From: Podarcis melisellensis
Taxonomy: Eukaryota
DNA: 64,000 nt
Strand: one strand, 5' to 3'
Assembly: GCA_964234715.1 (NCBI GenBank)
Contig: OZ174283.1
The notes under the pieces are model-generated. The model ran no database searches, was not told the DNA's origin, and saw only the letters and a program-made list of their open reading frames with translations. Every line of letters begins with the position of its first letter. The stretch's first letter is position 1. A program made the position numbers and the translations under genes. This document shows, one piece after another, positions 38,618 to 50,185 of the stretch.

Positions 38618-40332
38618 GTACTGTATATTTGCTCTTTCTTGACATGCTTCCATGTATCTCTGTGTATATTATAGCAACCATTCCACTAGACTTGGCAAGT
38701 GCAACGTATTTTATATGTACTCCATGAATTATAAATTTCATTCATGTTACTTTCCATGTTCCTTGGATTTAAGAGATAAAGACTTTTAATGTTTTTTGTC
38801 ACCTGTTAACATTTTTACTAAGCACTTTGTAAGTTTCACTATATCCTGTATAAATGGATTAGCTTTGATGATATCAAAAACTGAAGATAGCTGTGCATCT
38901 GCTGTTTGTGGTTTTTTTAAAGCCTTCTAGCTCTTGTTGCTTGAAGGAATCTCCTAGTCGTCCTATACGATAAGAAAAAAATGAAATGTTAGTCACAGGA
39001 TGAGAAAATGTCATAGCTTCAAGGATACATTGCAATAGAGATATGTGTGTAAAAGAAGCCAGTGGTGCCATTGGCCAGGATCCATGTCACACCATGGGTG
39101 GTATCCCATGTAGACCTACTCAGAGTAGACCCATTGAAATTTCTAGGCAGTCGGTCTACTTGGGGTAGAACTTAGTTGGATATGGGTCCATATATGGGTG
39201 AAAAACACCGCTGTGCCTTCCTATTGTTCCTCACTGGGTCCTTGTCAGGACCTTGATGGCTTTGTGCCATGTACAATCAGAACATCATGTGCGCTGCTTT
39301 GGATGCTGACTATTGCAGTTGGCAAGCTGCTTAAATTTATGGAAGCTCCGTAGTTGCTTTTATTTTATTTATTTTTTTTAAATTGTTTATAAGCTTTAAA
39401 AAATAAGCTTATATATTAAAATATTTTATTGCCATTTACTAAGAAAATCTGTGTGAAATCAAATAATTATACTTCGTAGTTTTGGATTGCAATGGAAAAG
39501 TTGATTTAGCCAACTCTTCATTGAGCATGTACCACTAAACAGCGAACGTTCTCATATCTTCAGTTGTGGTAAAAGAAATGTGTTTTTGTTTAATTATCAC
39601 AAGTACTCCCCTTTTTTCCAGATTGCCTTTCTTCTCTTCCTTATTTGTGCTTTTTCATTAGAGTATGGCAATATTCATGGCAGAAGCCAGGCTTTCGTAT
39701 AATCACTCTTGAGTGCATTCAATTGTTTTCTGTAATTCTTTGCCAGTAGGACAGATAAAGCTGTGTGTCCTCTGTAACCAAAGTGGAAGAAAAACATTTC
39801 AGAAGTAAAAAAAATTTACCTTCTGCACATACAATTGAAAAGTGCAGATGGCAAATAGTACCTAAAGAAAAACTGGCAGCCAAATCTAATCTCAGCCTGG
39901 CATGATGACATGATATCCATAACTATAGCTTCATCATACCTTGTCATGAGACGCTACTATTATTCCCTTCCATCTGTAAGTACTAATTTTTGCTAGAGGC
40001 AATAACGGCCTTAGAATGATTGTTTCATTTGTGCTGCGTAAGTGGAGAAAGAAGTACGTTAATAATTATTTAAGGATTCCTAGCAAAAAAAGATGGTTTC
40101 AAGCACATGTGTGAATCAACAGAAACAGGACACTAGGCTAGTTCCCAGAGACACTAAACAGATGCATCTTAATAAGGTAGTGGCACAACTTATATTACAT
40201 GCTGTATAGCGTTAGAAATAATTGCTTTGTCCTAAAATACCTGATTTGTAGCCACTGATCATAGTTCTGCTTCTGTACTTGCTTATGTGAATGTCTTACC
40301 GCAGTCATAGATAAGGAATACTAGAATTCTAC

Positions 40333-40389
40333 ATATATACATTTATATATCTATATATCTATATCTATATATATCTATATAGATATATA
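40333..40389. repeat. AT-rich (TA/TATC) simple repeat
   Basis: atatatacatttatatatctatatatctatatctatatatatctatatagatatata. Confidence 0.85.
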
Positions 40390-40559
40390 CTGTTGTCATT
40401 CTCATACAGGTCATGTTGGCTGCATGCCAGTTTTTCCATCAGTAGGAAGTGACAGATACTGTTTTTGATGTACTGTTAGATGAAAAAAAAAGTAATAGAT
40501 TTTGGATATATTAAATAATTTTAATTGTTTCCCAAATTTTCCCTCCTTGGCCATAAAAG

Positions 40560-40580
40560 CAGACAAGATAGGATATAAAG
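40560..40580 (+). CDS. TENM3: Alternative 21/18-nt microexon (ADKIGYK from 40560 or DKIGYK from 40563)
   Basis: ataaaag|CAG|ACAAGATAGGATATAAAG|gtaaca; tandem acceptor, symmetric phase 1; matches the longer Ten3 site-A inserts as I recall them from mouse. Confidence 0.88.
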
Positions 40581-40617
40581 GTAACAGCACAAAAGCCTTA
40601 GGGAGATTGTCACAAAA

Positions 40618-40885
40618 NNNNNNNNNNNNNNNNNNNNNNNNNNNNNNNNNNNNNNNNNNNNNNNNNNNNNNNNNNNNNNNNNNNNNNNNNNNNNNNNNNN
40701 NNNNNNNNNNNNNNNNNNNNNNNNNNNNNNNNNNNNNNNNNNNNNNNNNNNNNNNNNNNNNNNNNNNNNNNNNNNNNNNNNNNNNNNNNNNNNNNNNNNN
40801 NNNNNNNNNNNNNNNNNNNNNNNNNNNNNNNNNNNNNNNNNNNNNNNNNNNNNNNNNNNNNNNNNNNNNNNNNNNNNNNNNNNNN
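40618..40885. other. Assembly gap (268 N)
   Basis: Run of n characters. Confidence 1.
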
Positions 40886-41489
40886 AAGTATAGTCACTGA
40901 AACTGACCTATACTTTGTGCAATTATTTAATGCACTGTAATTTCACATGAACACATGGCAACTCTTGAGACCAGATAAAATTAACGTTGTTGAAAGCAGA
41001 GTGGCACAGCTACTTTGAAATTTCCAAGGATTTATTTAAAATAACAAGGAGCTTAACGAAATCTATACCATCAAGTAACCAGCAACGCATATACATCCAA
41101 TAATTATTTCCTCTATAAATGCAGAACCCCTGTCGTTTTGCCTAGAGGCTGTGTTGTGTATTATGTTGTGGTCATATTGCCTGCTACTCTGATAAAGAAC
41201 AGGAAAACATAATTTTGTCTGGCCTGCAGGTATTTAGAGGTTTCTTGGATATATTTCCTGCCTGCACAGGTAAGTGGTGTCTCAAGTGTCAGACCAATCA
41301 AAGATGCCACTTAGTTAAGAATTAGAATCCCAGGTAATGTTGCTGCTACTCTCCATGTGCAATTACAGTATTTGTGCTGTTCTGAAGGCCTGTTCCCAGT
41401 AAGTGTCCCCTGTTCATATTTTGATTAGATTTTAAATTGTTGTAATAGCTAAATCACATGCAGTGTCATTTTTTTGTCTGTTTTGACAG

Positions 41490-41636
41490 AGGGATGCCCT
41501 GGCTTATGTAATAGCAATGGAAGATGTACTCTGGACCAAAATGGCTGGCATTGTGTTTGTCAGCCAGGATGGAGGGGAGCAGGATGTGATGTCGCCATGG
41601 AAACTTTATGTACTGATAGCAAGGACAATGAAGGAG
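41490..41636 (+). CDS. TENM3: Teneurin-3 exon, EGF repeat 8 and start of Cys-rich region
   Basis: ttttgacag|AGGGATGC ... GAAGGAG|gtagga; 147 nt, phase 1-1. Confidence 0.96.
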
Positions 41637-42370
41637 GTAGGAGATGCAGAGTGAAATTCCTGCACTGCTAAAAAAAAAATTGTAAAATTATCGGCTTCCC
41701 AATCAGGTGAAAAAAATACTGCTGTGAGAATGATACAGAGCTTTTACTACCTGTGATGAGATACATGCAGGAATGTGCTACAACATTTATTGCCTTCATT
41801 TAGTATGCTATCAAATTCTTAAGAGATGGTTACAGCAGGCAAAATGTGTACATCGAAATCCATTAGTGAGCATTAAGTTCCAAGTGGTAGTATTTTATCT
41901 AAGGGCAAAAATAATACTGTAATTCAGAGAGCTTTATAATAAAGCTGTACACATGTCCAAAGTGAATAGTTGTGATATCCACATTCGGGAAAGTTTTTCA
42001 AGAGGTACAGATGTTGAGAAATAATTTAGTAAGAACTTCACATTTTTAAAAGATCCATTGTCAGCAACAATCTAATCCCACCAAGCTTCTTACTAGCATA
42101 ACTGTTCCTTATCTGATCTCAGCTTTGACTCATTCCTGTGTTGTTCTTATAGCTCATTATTGAAGGCCTTCCAGAATAATTTTTAGCAACCACAGCAGCA
42201 TTGCCACACCTTCCCCTGCCTTCCATCAGTGCCTACTACTTTATCTCTACTTTCCCCCAGCCCTATTTTCCACTCTAAAAAAAATCATCTTCTATGTACC
42301 TCCCATTTCCAGTTCCTCACAGTACCTTTTGCCTCTCTGTCTTCTGTCATTACAATCATATATAAATACA

Positions 42371-42886
42371 TATTTGTATGCTACCTTTCCACAGTTCAAA
42401 CCATGCTCAAGGCAGCTTACATATGGCACCCCCCTCCGACAAACACATTTAAAAGGCCATGGAATGTTAATCAGCCAAAGGTCTGGTTGAAGAGAAATGT
42501 TATTGGCTGGCACCTAAAGATATGTAATGATGGCTCCAGGCAAGCCTCCCTGGGGAGAGCATTCCACACATGGAGATCCACTACAGAAAAGGCTTGTTGC
42601 CACCCATCGAACCTCTCATGGAGGAGGCACACAAAGAAGGGTGTCAGGTTATTATTGCAGGAGCAGGGGCAGTTCATATGGGTAGAGATGGTACTTGAGG
42701 TATTGCGGTCATGAGCCGTTTGAGGCTTTATGGGTCAAAACCAGGACTTTGAATTGAGCCCGGAAACTAATTGGTAGCTAATGCAGTTGGTTTCCAAACC
42801 GTCTTCAGATGCAGCCCTGTGCATAATGCATTCCACTAATCTAGCCTAGAGGTTACCAGAGCATAAACAACAGAAGCTAGGCTGTA
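42371..42886 (-). mobile_element. L2 LINE 3' end
   Basis: Minus-strand AFSVVDLHVWNALPREACLEPSLHIFR...TFLF is the typical L2 ORF2 C-terminus, followed by tgtaagctgccttgagcat...gaaaggtagcatacaaata. Confidence 0.85.
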
Positions 42887-43303
42887 TGTCATGGAGTGGT
42901 TGGACGGAGAGGAATGGTGGGAGGAACCAGCTGGGGAACCCATAAGGGAAGAAGGTTCAGACCATGGGGATTGGTGGTGGGGAAGCAATGAGTGGTCAGA
43001 GGAAGAAGCGGAAGTGTTGGAAGCTGAAGAGTTAACGGGGCTTAGTGAGCTGGGAGCATCTGTGGTGGAGAGAAGTCCAGAATCAGAGGCAGAAGCTGAG
43101 AAGGCCAAGAGGCAGAGATGAGTCCTACTAGTGAAGACTCACAGGTGTCTCCCTTTCTTGCTGCAGCAAGCTGCCCTTCCCCCTTGTCTCCCAGAACCAG
43201 AAGAAACATGTAAAGGATGGAAGAGAGGTTGGTTTCATGCAGGCACAATCGCTGTTTGCTTGAAAATAATCCTGGAGGGGAGGGGACCGAGAAGCTGGGG
43301 GTC
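42887..43303. mobile_element. Purine-rich LTR-like fragment inserted in the L2
   Basis: Starts abruptly with TGTCA and separates two collinear L2 pieces; no second terminus or TSD. Confidence 0.5.
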
Positions 43304-43445
43304 ATTAACAGGGACACATTTCCCCTGTCTCTCTCCCGACAGAGGTCATCATACAGGGCGACCAAAGCCGTTTCTGTGTCAAAACCAGGCCTAAACCCCA
43401 ACTGAAATGGATCTAGAAAATCAGTTTCCTCCAAAAGCATCTGAT
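43304..43445 (-). mobile_element. L2 reverse transcriptase fragment
   Basis: LEETDFLDPFQLGFRPGFDTETALVALYDDL matches the RT QxGFRxxxxTETAL motif. Confidence 0.88.
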
Positions 43446-45070
43446 TCGAGTAGCAGGTAGTAGCAGCCAGATGGGATGGTATTTCTAGCCTATATGGGTG
43501 GGCATGAGAGAAGTTGTTCATGTATGCAAGGGAAATGATTTCTAGACGGTCAGTTCAGTTTACAGTGCCATGTACAGTGTGACTTGACTTGTATTGAAAC
43601 ACACCCCGTGTTTTGAGTTACCTGCTTATAGGGTCACATTTGTTGCTATGGCTAATTTCACTGACTGACATGCTTTGCATTGTTTTGAGTTTTCTGTTGT
43701 GGTTTCACTGATTGAATTTCAGATTATATGCTTATCTACATATCTGTAAACATTTACGAGAATAACTTCAAAATGCTCAGTTCCTTAATAATGTGGTGTT
43801 GAATTGGGATGTAGAATTGCAGCAATATATTTTGCCTCTACACTCATTCAGTTGAATTATTTCCTTTCGGTTGCTACTTTTCGTTTCCAGCCCAGTTGTG
43901 GTCTATATTATTTTAGATTAATCTGTCCTGATAGTGTATATAGATGTGCTTCTTGGTGGCAGGAGAGTTTTCCGCATGTGCAATCACTTACCACATGAAA
44001 TGAGTGAAGTACTTCCATGTGTGCTCTACTCCCATTACTGCTCTGCCATTCTACCACTGGGTGTTGAATCTGATTCAACAGATTGGATCCCAAGATGCTG
44101 ACCACTGGGCCACATTTTTGTCTTACAAAAATTTGCCATCCTAGCCTTGCAAGACTAATGGGATGTGTTTAGCTTGGAGGTTCACTTGTTTTCTTTCTGG
44201 ATTTTTGTTGTTTTATAACTTGTGATGGCGACAGGTCCTATCTGGGTTCAGCAGCCTGGGAGATGGCATGGCAAAATAATCCATTTTTACCTGACTCCCT
44301 ATTTTCACTCTGAGCAGTGTGAGTGGTGGGACTATGGATGTGGAAGTGGCTATCCTGATCAGATAAGCCTTCTGCTGCCTGGGGGTTTGAATTGTAGCTT
44401 CAGTGTCCATTTCTGCCAGCATAAAAAACTGAACAGTTTTGTTGGGTTTCTGATTAGGTCTAACCAGCCCAATATAGCGAGTGAGCAAATGCTTCAGTTG
44501 CCTTTTTCAAAAACAAATATCCCAAGCATCATTCCTAGCCTCTGGTCATTTATTAGAAGCCTAGTGTATTCTTGTGCCTCCAGCTTCTTGGTATTGCAAA
44601 TCCACCATGAGATTGGCCATGTTTGGGTGATTATACCAAGAGTTGCATAAGCCTTATGCCTTGCACATGCTGCCCCATTGCTCCCTCTTTCATGCAGGCC
44701 ACAATCAAAGCAGGAACACTATAATAACCATAGTTTCCCTTTTTATCAAAACTGGGAGACTGGTTACCAGCTGAAGAACAAGCCAGGTTTAATTGTTTGA
44801 AGTTGCTTCTTGACTTGTACCTTGTTAATTTTGAGTTTTTCTTTGTGACTTGAACAAAGAGGCTGCATGCTTGGGAGGGGGGAGTGGCATGCATATCTTA
44901 GCTTACCAACCCAATATATGATTGTCTGAATAGGTCTGCACACACACCTATATATAAATTCAAGCATCTAGTAGGAAGTCTGCATGACATATGAAAAATT
45001 ATGTTTTCTTAGTGAAACCTGCTACCTTTGGATGTCATTGCCTTCCCTCCAAAATATAAAAAGGAACATA

Positions 45071-45451
45071 CCATATTTTTCGCCCAATAGACACAATTTT
45101 CCCCCTCCAAAAATGAAGGGGAAATGTGTGTGCGTCTTATGGGGCGAATGCAGGCTTTCGCTGAAGCCTGGAGAGCGAGAGGGTCGGTGCTCACCGACCC
45201 CTCTCTCTCTCTCCAGGCTTCAGGAAGCTATCCCCCCAGCCCCGCAAGCTCCCAGAGCGACGCAGATGCTGCGCGCAGCTTTGGCATCGCTCTGGCTCCC
45301 ATTCTGGGGGTTGGGATCGGGGAAAGCTCAGGCTTCCCCCCCCCAGCCCAACGCCTGGGGGGGGAATAATTTTTTCCCCTTTATTTCCCTCCCTCCCCCA
45401 AATCTAGGTGCGTCCTATGGGCCGGTGCGTCCTATAGGGCGAAAAATACAG
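45071..45451. mobile_element. Tc1/mariner (Tc2/pogo-like) MITE
   Basis: TA flanks; TIR CCATATTTTTCGCCCAATAG / CTATAGGGCGAAAAATACAG. Confidence 0.82.
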
Positions 45452-48400
45452 TAGATACCTTTCTTAATTTTTAAAATCTCAAGATTCTATATATGCTTCA
45501 GTTGTTATTCTTTAGTTACACCTTCCTTAGCAGAAGAGGTTTAATATTTTCCTTCCTGTTCTTGAAAGGTTTTGTATAGTCTCTGATTATTTTGTACATT
45601 TTCTCTTCACAGTTTCTAGTTATATCCTGTTTGAAATATGAAGATCAAAAGTGCATGCAATAATCAAGATGAACCATGTGTTTATATGGGAGCAAACTGG
45701 TATAATTAGAATTTTTATAAAAGCCCATAGTTTAGATTTTTGTTGACAGGTTGGACTTAGCCCTATGGGTTAAGATATTCTAAATGCAAGACTATCATCT
45801 AGTACTATAATGATAATTTAGTGGACTTGAACACTCTGTGATTTTCTTTCTTAACTCAAACAAAGATTGTTGTTGTTGAACCATAAGAGACAGGTGCAGT
45901 TTTTGGTCCCAACTACAATAGACTGATTATTTAGTAAAGGGATTTCGCCTTTGTTATTTTACACATGGGGCAATAGAATACTTGGTAAAATGCACTAGCT
46001 GTATAAAGAGAGAGAGAGAGAGAATGAAAAATATTTTTGCAAGTTAGAAGGAGCCAGATTCATAACCATCCGTCACTCGCTTGGGCAAGTAGCTGATAAA
46101 CTTCATAGAAAAATAACAAACAGTGTGTCCCTGTATCTTGACTGGTGAAAATGAGATTCTTTTCCTGATTGATGTGAGTGGGGAGGCTTGTAAAAATGCA
46201 TTTCCAGCTGATTAGTTCAGAAGATGTCAATCTCAAACAGTTTTATGACCTGCAGTCTACATGCCAGATGTACATTTGCTATTTATAAAGTAACAAAGAT
46301 GAATGACTAAATTTGAGCATTCCTCTATGGCAACTGTGCTAAATATTGCCTGCAGGACAACACAGAGCAAACAGAGCAAAGCCCCCAAAAGCACCTATTG
46401 CCAATATAGAGCGTTTAACAATTAATGTATTGGATACTGATACTAACATAAATTGGTTTAAGCCCAGATTGACAAGGCATTTGTCTATTACTCTTTTATT
46501 TTTAAGAGAATACATTTTGAAGAAAATCATAAATGCATTTTAACTTAATTAGTGACAGACAACACAAAATATGTCAATAGGTTAATATTTGTAAAATTTC
46601 AAAATACTTTGAGAAGAACAAGCATCATTTCTCAAACTGCATTTGCAAGACATACATGGCAATCTCACCTGTATCTTAACATGTGTACTTACAGGAAAGC
46701 AGATAATGTTTTCTAAGCAGAAAATATGCATGTTGGCAAAGTCACCAGAAGTGTTTACATTCTGGACTCCATACATATTTTTCTGGAAGAAGCTAGTGTG
46801 TTACCCTTCTGTCGCTAGAGGTTCATGCAGTTTAACAAATGAAGTAGCCCAGAAAGATGGAAAATGAGTTACGAATGCTGAGCCAAAGCACACATTCTGG
46901 TGTGTGTAAATAAATACATAATTAGCAATAATTTGTAGTTGTTGTAAAGTTAATTTGGGGATATGATGAAAAGGAAATTGAAGGAGGGGGATAGACACAT
47001 GTGTGCTATTTTGTGCACATACTACTAATCTCTTTGGATTGTGGTCACAGTGTAAAGTTTAAGATCTAGCTAATTAATCATGTTTCCCTCAATGGCATTT
47101 AATTTAGTGGTGGCTAAAAACTAACAAAGCAGTAAGGTTATTGTGCTAAGTGATGTATAGATATTAAGTGATAAATAGAACTTGTCTCAAAAGAATTGCT
47201 ACCAAGACAAGAAGATAGACACACAAGATAAGAGAAATATAGGACACAGAAGCAAACAAAAAACAATTTATTTTTTTTACTGATTTCAGGTCAATTTCAT
47301 ATTTTCTTTCATTTTTCAGTGCACTGAGAAGCAGGTTGTATCATTTTTAGAATATGATAGATAGGAAAATGTAGAACAGAAAAAAGATCATTTGAGAATG
47401 AGAAATAAGCAGACTGGTAGGAAATAATAAAAGGAGCTGAGGAGCAGCAGAGCTTGCACAGCTGACGCATGGGGAAGCGTCTTCCCTGCACATCAGCTGA
47501 GCTGGTCACGTGAGCTGGAGGGGTAGCAGAGACTTCATTGAGCTGCTCAGCTGATGCACTGGAAAGCTTTTCCGTGCATTAGCTGAGCAGCCTCCACAAG
47601 CCTCTGGCTAACAAGGAGACCCTCACCAGAGCCTGAAGAGGATGTCCTCTGGGCTCTGGGGAGGGTCTCAGTGCGAGCTGGAGGGGCAGCGGGGCTTGCT
47701 CAGCTGATGCACAGGGAAATGGCTGCTGCGCTACCCCACACATCCTCTTTGAGCTCTGGGGTGGGTCTCCTCGTAAGCTACTAAGACTCTCCATGGAATT
47801 CCCCATTCTATGTGATTTCATTGACTTGTGAGGGGGTTCGTAATCTAATCCCCATGTAAATGGGGATTCACCTCTGTATTTAAATATGTTGTGCACATGT
47901 GTGAAATACGCAGGTTTGTATTCACTATGTTATGTTATATAAGCTGGTATTCATCATTAACTGATTTGCATTAAGATTCAATTTGCTGAGCATATATTGT
48001 GTTCTCATATATATATATTTTCAGCTGAAAGAGCGGCTGAAATTACCTCTGCTTGTAGCAATGTAGCCTTTCTTCTAAAGGAAAAAGAATCCATCTTCAT
48101 AAATGTTCTTAAATATTTAAAGCTGACTTGCAGCTCAAATGCTTTAAATATGCTCCAAGAAGCAGCCAAGCTGCAGTTACCTGCTTCTCTTTCTAGAAAA
48201 CCAAATAACCTCACATAAAAGCTACTTTAAAGGCCCCTTGGAAATTATTTAATATTTATAAATCAGCAATATGTGTGTTAGCTATATCTGTGCTGGCATT
48301 GAAATGAAATTCTGCAGTGATTTGAAATCTGGTATACTTTGAACTTCTCAAATTGCAACAGTACTCAGTATCAATTCACAAAAATTTGTGGGTACTTTGT

Positions 48401-48489
48401 TTCTGTGCCAACATCTGCATGAAATCTGAATTTCATTGTGGCTTTTGGAACTTGTTTGCATTGTACTAACGCATCACTAAGCAAAGGAC

Positions 48490-48682
48490 CCAGAAGTATC
48501 CCAAGCTATATCCTGCTCCTTCAGAGGCAGTGTAAACCCTGTCAAGAACAGGCCACCTACTACCCATCTGGTCCAGGGAACTGTCCACTAACAGTGTCTC
48601 AGTTTTATCTGGATTAAGCTTCAGTTTGTTGGCTCTCATCCAGTCCATTACCGAGGCAAGGCAACAGTCCAGCACATTCACT
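48490..48682 (-). mobile_element. L2 reverse transcriptase fragment
   Basis: CLASVMDWMRANKLKLNPDKTE, the typical post-YADD L2 motif. Confidence 0.88.
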
Positions 48683-49968
48683 AGGTAGCGTTTTAGGAAA
48701 GCCTCTGTCTGAAACCCTCAACAGCCACTGCTAGTCAGAAAGACAGTATTGAATGTGTTGCCCTCCAGATGTTTTAGGGCTCAACTCCAGACAACTTGGC
48801 CAATGGTAAATCATGATGGGAGTTGTGGTCTTTCTCTCTCACCATGTGATATGATGAAGGGGGGGAGTGTGTTTTATTGTTTCCCAACTTACCTAGAATA
48901 ACACACCTAGCGTTCCTAGGCAGTATCCCCTTAAGGCACTGTCTAGACTTTGCTTAGTTTCAACAGAGTTACTCTATCTTGCACCTTTCAGCTATTCTCA
49001 GAGACCTTTTTAGTAACTTTAAGGGTTCTAAATTTGAACCAGCAGTGACAAGGGCAGCTAATGCTTTTCATATTCTGAGCATGCATATTGCTTCCCCCAT
49101 CACATCAAGGATCAGATTTTCCTCTTGGGGGAATTGCAGCTGGGGAAATAATCACTTGTAAGCTGTTGGCATCATTGTGATTCTCCACCGGATGCATGAG
49201 TCGTTTTTGGCCCTAACGCTTAGATCAGGGAGGGTTCATATATATATGTATGCACGTGAACACACACGCAACTGCTTTTGTATAGTGCCTATTCCAGTGA
49301 CATGCCCTTAAAATAACAAGCCAAAAAATATTATTAAGGCTGCCTTTGAGTAGACTGTTTCCAGAAAGATCAACTCACCCACACACTTGGTTATATGACT
49401 GGGAACAGTTTACATACATAAACCTGCAAAATTCAGCGTAGCGTCTTCTCATCTACTTTAGTGCAGCTATGATGTATAGTCTTACCACTACAACAGGAGC
49501 CACAGATTTATAGCTTAGGATCCTGAAAGGCAGGATTCTGACAGTTGACACGTTAACTTGGAAAGTAAACTGGTTTTCAGCCTTTCCCTGGTGTGGTTAT
49601 GCAGTTGTGATGTTTGCATTATATTTATAATAACTGTGTTTTTGTATGCACTTTTTAGATATTCATCCAGTTCTGTTGTGTGTGTGCTATTTCTCTTATT
49701 TATTTTGTCTCGAGTTTCTTTAATATGCAGATTTATATATGCCACATTTGCAACATGGATCCTCTTCTTCATTGCTTTCAGATTATTACTTAGCACAATA
49801 TCTGTCCTTTATTCCTCTGAAAGGCCTGAAATAACTTCTAAACTTCTAATATCTTTGCTTATTATTTACACTGTGGAAACTGCTGAATGTGATTGTTGTC
49901 TTTAATTGCTCATTAGGGAAAATGAATAGGAAGTATTGCTCCTTTTCTTCTAACTTTTTTGTCTGTAG

Positions 49969-50185
49969 ATGGATTAATTGACTGCATGGATCCTGACTGC
50001 TGTTTGCAGAGTTCCTGCCAAAACCAGCCCTACTGCCGTGGACTGCCGGACCCACAAGATATCATTAGCCAAAGCCAGCAGTCACCATCTCAGCAAGCTG
50101 CCAAATCCTTTTACGATCGGATAAGTTTTCTTATAGGACCGGACAGCTCCCATGTCATTCCTGGGGAAAGCCCTTTCAATAAAAG
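49969..50185 (+). CDS. TENM3: Teneurin-3 exon, Cys-rich domain ([12 protein letters not shown]...GESPFNK)
   Basis: tttgtctgtag|ATGGATTA ... AATAAAAG|gtgagg; 217 nt, phase 1-2. Confidence 0.96.

Noticed and set aside
40502-40900. ORFs running through X residues
   Set aside because: Artefact of the N gap; only the microexon at 40560-40580 is supported.
42891-43121. Acidic Trp/Glu-rich 76-aa ORF as a novel peptide gene
   Set aside because: Lies within a purine-rich repeat fragment inside an L2, with no supporting splice or promoter evidence.
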